From Eubacteriales bacterium (GTDB lineage Bacteria; Bacillota; Clostridia; Oscillospirales; CAG-272): 64,000 nt of DNA. Made by a program: the position numbers and the translations under genes. The notes under the pieces are model-generated. The model was not told where the DNA came from, made no database searches, and worked only from the letters and a program-made list of their open reading frames with translations. The stretch lies in assembly GCA_045598385.1 (NCBI GenBank), contig JAZLLY010000028.1:1500-65499 (forward strand), given 5' to 3'. This document shows positions 59,660 through 64,000 of this stretch, in pieces (the first letter of the stretch is position 1; each line of letters opens with the position of its first letter).

Positions 59660-59696
59660 AAAAGCCCCGGTTTTCACCGGGGCTTCGTTATTTTGT
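59660..59696. terminator. Bidirectional terminator between galT and alaS
   Basis: AGCCCCGGttttcaCCGGGGCT flanked by A- and T-runs. Confidence 0.85.
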
Positions 59697-59757
59697 TGTG
59701 CGGTTAGTATCGTCGCGCTTTGTTAGTGCTGCGTGCCGACGGGGCACCGGAAGAGTG

Positions 59758-62379
59758 TCAAAGCGCCTTGAGGATCTCCTCCACGCGGGCGAGCGCTTCG
59801 TCGATTTTATCGAGATCGCGGCCGCCGCTCATAGCGGAGTCGGGACGTCCGCCGCCTTTTCCGCCGCAGATCACGGAGATCTCGGCGAGGATCTTTCCGG
59901 CGTGAGCGCCGTTTTTGACCGCTTCGCTACCGGCGGAGGCGACGAAGTTGAGTTTGCCGTCGGATACGGCGGCGAAGACGGCGACGCCGTCCTGATCGTT
60001 GGCTTTTACGGTATCCGCGAGCGTGCGCGCGGCATCCGGGCGGGCGTTGATCTTTGCGGTGAGCAGGCGGAACTTTCCGACGGCTTTGACACCTGCAAGC
60101 AGATCTTTCAGCTGCATTTCGGAGAGTTTGGCGTTCGCGCTCTCGAGATCGTGCTTCAGATCCCGGATCTCGGTTTGCAGGGCTACCGCTTTTTTGGCGA
60201 TATCTTTTACGTTCTGGGATTTGAGTTCTTTGGCGGTCTCGCCGATCAGCGCGTCGCGCTCACCGAGAAGTCCCAGCACGTTCATGCCGGTCACGCCCGT
60301 GATTCTTCTGACGCCGGCGGCGACGGAAGTCTCGGAGACGATCTTGAAAAGACCGATATTGCCGGTGTTGAAAACGTGCGTACCGCCGCAAAGTTCGAGG
60401 GAGGACGGTCCGGCTTTGACAACGCGGACTTTATCACCGTATTTTTCCCCGAAGAGCGCCATGGCACCGGCGGCTTTTGCCGTTGCGACGTCGGAAACCG
60501 TCGTTTCGCAGACTTCGGCGGCGAGAATGTGTTCGTTTACCGCGGTTTCGACTTTTTCGATTTCTTCTGGCGTCATTGCCTTGAAATGCGAGAAGTCGAA
60601 GCGGACTTCTTTTTCATCGACGTAGGAGCCCGCCTGCTCGACGTGCGAGCCGAGGACCGCGCGGAGCGCCGCCTGCAAAAGGTGCGCCGCCGTATGGTTT
60701 CTCCGGATGGCGTTCCTGCGGTCTTTGTCGATCGCGAGGGTGAGAGTGTCGCCTTTTCTGACTTCGCCGTTTTCCACTTTCACGATATGGATATAAACGC
60801 CGTCGGTCTTTTTGGTGTCGAGAACGGTGAGGACCGTGTCTCCGGCGGTGATCACGCCGGTATCGCCGACCTGTCCGCCGCCCTCGCCGTAAAATACGGT
60901 CTTGTCGAAGACGAGGGAACATTCACCCTCGGAGATGCTTTCCGCTTCTTCGCCGTCCGCGATGACGGCGAGAACCTTGCCCTCGCAGGTGTCGGCGTCA
61001 TAGCCGAGAAATTCGGTCTTCGGGAGGTGAGAAAGCGCGGTCTTCGAGGTGTCGGACCAGCCGGAAATATTGCCTCTCGCGGCTCTTGCGCGGTTTCTCT
61101 GCTCTTCCATGAGCGCGCGGAACGCGTCGTCGTCGATTTTCAGCCCGTTTTCTTCCGCGATCTCGCGCGTCAGATCAACGGGGAAGCCGAACGTGTCGTA
61201 AAGTTTGAACGCGTCGGCGCCTGCCAGGACGGATTTTCCGGCGGCCTTGGCGTCGGCAATGATACCGGACAGGATCGAGAGACCGGAGTCGATCGTCTGA
61301 TCGAAGCGCTCTTCTTCGAGCGAGATGACGTTCAGGATATAATCGCGTTTTTCGCCGACTTCGGGGTATGCGCCGACGTTTTGAGAGATCACGATCTCGC
61401 AGAGTTCGGGCAGGAAACGGCGGTTGATGCCGAGGAGTTTTCCGTGGCGGCAGGCACGGCGGAGAATGCGGCGAAGCACGTAGCCGCGTCCCTCGTTGGA
61501 GGGAATGACGCCGTCGGCGATCATAAAGGTCGCGCTGCGGATATGGTCGGTGATGACGCGGATGGAGATATCGTCCGTTTTGTCTTTGCCGTACGGTTTG
61601 CCGGCGATCTCACAGACGGTGTCGAGAATCTTTCTTACGGTATCGACTTCAAAGAGGTTGTCCACGCCCTGCATGACGCAGGCAAGACGTCCGAGCCCCA
61701 TGCCGGTGTCGATGTTTTTCTGTTTCAGTTCGGTGTAATTGCCGTTGCCGTCGTTGTCGAACTGGGAAAAGACGTTGTTCCAGATCTCCATGAAGCGGTC
61801 GCAGTCGCATCCGGGCTTGCAGTCGGGAGAACCGCAGCCGTATTTTTCGCCGCGGTCAAAGTAGATCTCCGTGCAGGGGCCGCAGGGTCCGGTGCCGTGC
61901 TCCCAGAAGTTGTCTTCCTTGCCGAGACGGACGATGTGCTTTTCGTCGATCCCGATCACGTCGCGCCAGATGGCATATGCCTCGTCGTCGTCTTTATATA
62001 CGGACGGCCAGAGCAGGTCTTTCGGGATCTCAAGTACGCCGTTCAGAAACTCCCACGCCCACGGAATCGCCTCTTTTTTGAAGTAATCGCCGAACGAGAA
62101 GTTGCCGAGCATTTCAAAATACGTGCCGTGGCGCGCGGTGTGGCCGACGCGCTCGAGGTCGGGCGTGCGAATACATTTCTGACAGGTGCAGACGCGGTTG
62201 CGCGGCGGGACGACCTCGCCCGTGAAAAACTTCTTCATCGGCGCCATGCCGGAGTTGATGAGGAGCAGGGATTTGTCCCCGTTCGGCACGAGCGAAAAAC
62301 TCGGCAGGCGGAGATGTCCTTTGCTCTCAAAGAACGAGAGAAACTTTTCTCTCAAGTCGTTAAGAGAAGTCCATTTCAT
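59758..62379 (-). CDS. alaS: Alanine--tRNA ligase
   Basis: MKWTSLNDLREKFLSFFESKGHLRLPSFSLVP, FEMLGNFSFGDYFK, the editing-domain HxxxH motif (HTAAHLL), and a C-terminal DHHA1-like region. The start is at ATG 62379, which has a GGAGG RBS. Confidence 0.97.
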   Translation of the reverse strand: MKWTSLNDLREKFLSFFESKGHLRLPSFSLVPNGDKSLLLINSGMAPMKKFFTGEVVPPRNRVCTCQKCIRTPDLERVGHTARHGTYFEMLGNFSFGDYFKKEAIPWAWEFLNGVLEIPKDLLWPSVYKDDDEAYAIWRDVIGIDEKHIVRLGKEDNFWEHGTGPCGPCTEIYFDRGEKYGCGSPDCKPGCDCDRFMEIWNNVFSQFDNDGNGNYTELKQKNIDTGMGLGRLACVMQGVDNLFEVDTVRKILDTVCEIAGKPYGKDKTDDISIRVITDHIRSATFMIADGVIPSNEGRGYVLRRILRRACRHGKLLGINRRFLPELCEIVISQNVGAYPEVGEKRDYILNVISLEEERFDQTIDSGLSILSGIIADAKAAGKSVLAGADAFKLYDTFGFPVDLTREIAEENGLKIDDDAFRALMEEQRNRARAARGNISGWSDTSKTALSHLPKTEFLGYDADTCEGKVLAVIADGEEAESISEGECSLVFDKTVFYGEGGGQVGDTGVITAGDTVLTVLDTKKTDGVYIHIVKVENGEVRKGDTLTLAIDKDRRNAIRRNHTAAHLLQAALRAVLGSHVEQAGSYVDEKEVRFDFSHFKAMTPEEIEKVETAVNEHILAAEVCETTVSDVATAKAAGAMALFGEKYGDKVRVVKAGPSSLELCGGTHVFNTGNIGLFKIVSETSVAAGVRRITGVTGMNVLGLLGERDALIGETAKELKSQNVKDIAKKAVALQTEIRDLKHDLESANAKLSEMQLKDLLAGVKAVGKFRLLTAKINARPDAARTLADTVKANDQDGVAVFAAVSDGKLNFVASAGSEAVKNGAHAGKILAEISVICGGKGGGRPDSAMSGGRDLDKIDEALARVEEILKAL

Positions 62380-62417
62380 ATAATTATCCTCCAAATGAAT
62401 ACAAAAGTTTACAAAAA

Positions 62418-62672
62418 ACAAAAATCCGAGGCGAAAAAATCGCCTCGGACGAAAAACCGTGTTACCACCGAGATTCGGACTTCCCTCGCGGGACGCCCCT
62501 CTTTGAGTCTGTGACTCCTGCCCGATAACGGAGGCGACCGTCGGGATCTACTCGCTTTCGCTTTCTGCCCGCGCTCGGAGACTGCTTCGTAACGACGCAC
62601 CGAAGACTCGCACCACCGTCTTCTCTCTTTTGGCGTCGGTCGTTATTACTCTTTCTCTTCTTCACTTTACGC
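62418..62672 (-). promoter_or_regulatory. T-box riboswitch leader of alaS
   Basis: On the minus strand: AGAGTA and AGAGAGA/GGTGGTGCGAG Stem I elements. A GCA (Ala) triplet sits in the expected specifier position (ACGAAGCAG). The T-box sequence AATCTCGGTGGTAACACGG follows, then the terminator TCCGAGGCGattttttCGCCTCGGATTTTT. Confidence 0.85.
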
Positions 62673-62676
62673 CATT

Positions 62677-62704
62677 ATTATATCATTCTTTTGCGGTTTG
62701 TCAA
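62677..62704 (-). promoter_or_regulatory. Candidate promoter of the alaS T-box leader
   Basis: On the minus strand: TTGACA-16 nt-TATAAT. The -35 overlaps the DUF2804 stop codon. Confidence 0.5.
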
Positions 62705-63738
62705 TACTTATTTCGCACGACTTCCAAAGCGCAGATAAAATCTTTCATTTCCACCGTTTCGCCGTCGTCGGTCACGGCTTTGCCGTTCATTCTGCCGAAG
62801 ACCTGATGCTGATCGCTGACGATGATTTTGAAATCCATATCGGCGGCGCGGTCGAGGATCGGGGTGAAGACGGCTTCAAAGCGTCCGTCGTCCGAGGAAA
62901 TCTTCCACGGGGAAAGAAAGTCGCGCTTGCCGTCCGTTTCGGGAATACCGAACGTGACTTCGGAGAGTTTGTGGAGTTTGCCTTTATAATACAGGGCGTT
63001 TTCGGAGGCGGCGCTGCGGTCGGAAAAGCCGTAGCCGAGATTGAAGCCGAACGGCTCCCCGTTCTGCAAATACCCGCTGCCGGTGCCCCAGAACCAGGTG
63101 TTGTCGTAGGTCCAGACGCCCCGCCCCCAGTCGAGGACGCCGGCGGTCGTTTTTCTTTCGACTTTTTCTTTTCTGTCACCGTAGGTGACAAAGCCGTCTG
63201 CCGAGAGGCAGTTTTTCTTGCAGTTGTAGTAAAACGCGGTGGGTTTTTCCGCCCACGGCGTCGCGATGAACATGGCTTCGTCCATCGAATTGAAAACGTC
63301 GAGTTCGGCGATCAGGGCTTTTTCGCCGTCAAAGCGACGGAAGTTGCAGGAAATATGACGGTGATCGCCGCGGTTTTCAAAGACGAGGTCGAGCCGTTTC
63401 GTGTGACATTCGGCGTGGGCGTCGGCGACCTCTTTGCCGAGTCCGAATTTCTTGCCGCGCGGAAAAACCGCGATCTCGGACTCCGTATGCTCGCTTTTCG
63501 TCTCAAAATCGAGGAACGACGCGGACAAAAGTCCGATATAACCGAGATCGGAGATCGTGAAGGCGACGGCGAATTTGTCGTTCGTGAAGAGGTAATAGTC
63601 CCATTCTTTTTTGCGGAACCACGGCGCTTTGACGTTTTCGCGCACGTATTCCATGACTTCGGTCCTGGCAAAGCCGGGATTTTCGATGATCCCGCCCGCG
63701 GCGGGAACGGCGGTCTTCTCTGTGATTTCATTCTGCAT
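62701..63738 (-). CDS. DUF2804 domain-containing protein
   Basis: About 345 aa. WDYYLFTNDKFAVAFTISDLGYIGL, WFWGTGSGYL, FGFNLGYGF. The start is at ATG 63738 (MQNEITE), 8 nt after AAGGAGG. The track start is a TTG inside that RBS. Confidence 0.75.
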   Translation of the reverse strand: MQNEITEKTAVPAAGGIIENPGFARTEVMEYVRENVKAPWFRKKEWDYYLFTNDKFAVAFTISDLGYIGLLSASFLDFETKSEHTESEIAVFPRGKKFGLGKEVADAHAECHTKRLDLVFENRGDHRHISCNFRRFDGEKALIAELDVFNSMDEAMFIATPWAEKPTAFYYNCKKNCLSADGFVTYGDRKEKVERKTTAGVLDWGRGVWTYDNTWFWGTGSGYLQNGEPFGFNLGYGFSDRSAASENALYYKGKLHKLSEVTFGIPETDGKRDFLSPWKISSDDGRFEAVFTPILDRAADMDFKIIVSDQHQVFGRMNGKAVTDDGETVEMKDFICALEVVRNKY

Positions 63739-63814
63739 AAGGGGTACCTCCTTTTTCAAAAAAGAAAATGATCGTTGAAATATAGATCGTTGCTCGTCCT
63801 ATTGCCATCGTCAA

Positions 63815-64000
63815 AAAAGGGATGCCCCCGTAGGGAGCCACGACGCCGGCAGGACTCGGTCTCGCGCGACCTGCGCGCTCGGTCTTCCGCGGCTCTGACA
63901 AGTCTCCCCTCGGGTCGGTCACGCTCCGGCTCTTATGCCCACCGGGCATAATTCACTGCCGTCGCGCCGCTTCGCTACGCCGGACTGTCATTCAGTACCG
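63815..64000 (-). ncRNA. Unclassified GC-rich structured element (candidate cis-regulatory leader or small RNA), possibly truncated by the window edge
   Basis: All three minus-strand frames hit stop codons within 25 nt of the window edge. Hairpins in plus-strand coordinates: TTATGCCCaccGGGCATAA 63933-63951, GCGCGacctGCGCGC at about 63862-63878, and GCCCCCgtaGGGAGC 63824-63838. A possible enclosing helix pairs 63842-63852 with 63956-63965. On the minus strand the element ends in CCCTTTTTT. I found no match to any riboswitch or RNA family I can recall. Confidence 0.35.

Noticed and set aside
62409-62665. Two short minus-strand ORFs (63 and 67 aa) upstream of alaS.
   Set aside because: They lie entirely within the T-box leader RNA.

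Overview
This window is an origin-proximal core-genome segment of a GC-rich, anaerobic, spore-forming Firmicute. The class Clostridia is inferred from gene content only: Rnf complex, rubrerythrin, SpoIIE, Soj/Spo0J, CIRCE/HrcA and Ddh-type lysine synthesis. Gene order from left to right: a partial Gx-transporter gene and a NusG_II gene. rnfCDGEAB on the minus strand. A divergent perR-like/rubrerythrin pair. A lysine-riboswitch-controlled dapA-dapB-ddh-lysA operon. A small HTH/flavin-reductase unit and a DUF4349 lipoprotein. trpS with an MraY/WecA-like transferase. trkA-trkH. A lone addA-type helicase-nuclease after truB. spoIIE. soj-spo0J next to a 0.9-kb AT-rich non-coding island carrying two perfect parS sites. 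hrcA-grpE-dnaK-dnaJ behind a CIRCE operator. Then a 16-kb minus-strand block: ileS, dnaA, dnaN, recF, remB, gyrB, gyrA, lipoprotein, HTH, rnj, PPTase. The right end holds an Lrp/aminotransferase pair, a lipoprotein/HtrA pair, birA-galT, T-box-controlled alaS, and a DUF2804 gene preceded by an unidentified GC-rich structured element. I found no tRNA, rRNA, CRISPR array, transposase, integrase or recognisable defence or toxin genes. I see no convincing novel multi-gene system. The most unusual signals are non-coding. They are a nested 68-bp/23-bp mini-hairpin array after rubrerythrin, the AT-rich parS island, DnaA-box-like inverted repeats in an over-long soj-spo0J spacer, a 106-bp tandem duplication of the dnaJ 3' end, and the unclassified structured RNA-like element at the right edge. 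There are also a few unusual protein extensions (RnfE Cys tail, RNase J basic N-terminus, an HTH protein with a MinD-like C-terminal helix). All identifications come from reading the translations and motifs by eye. No database search was run.
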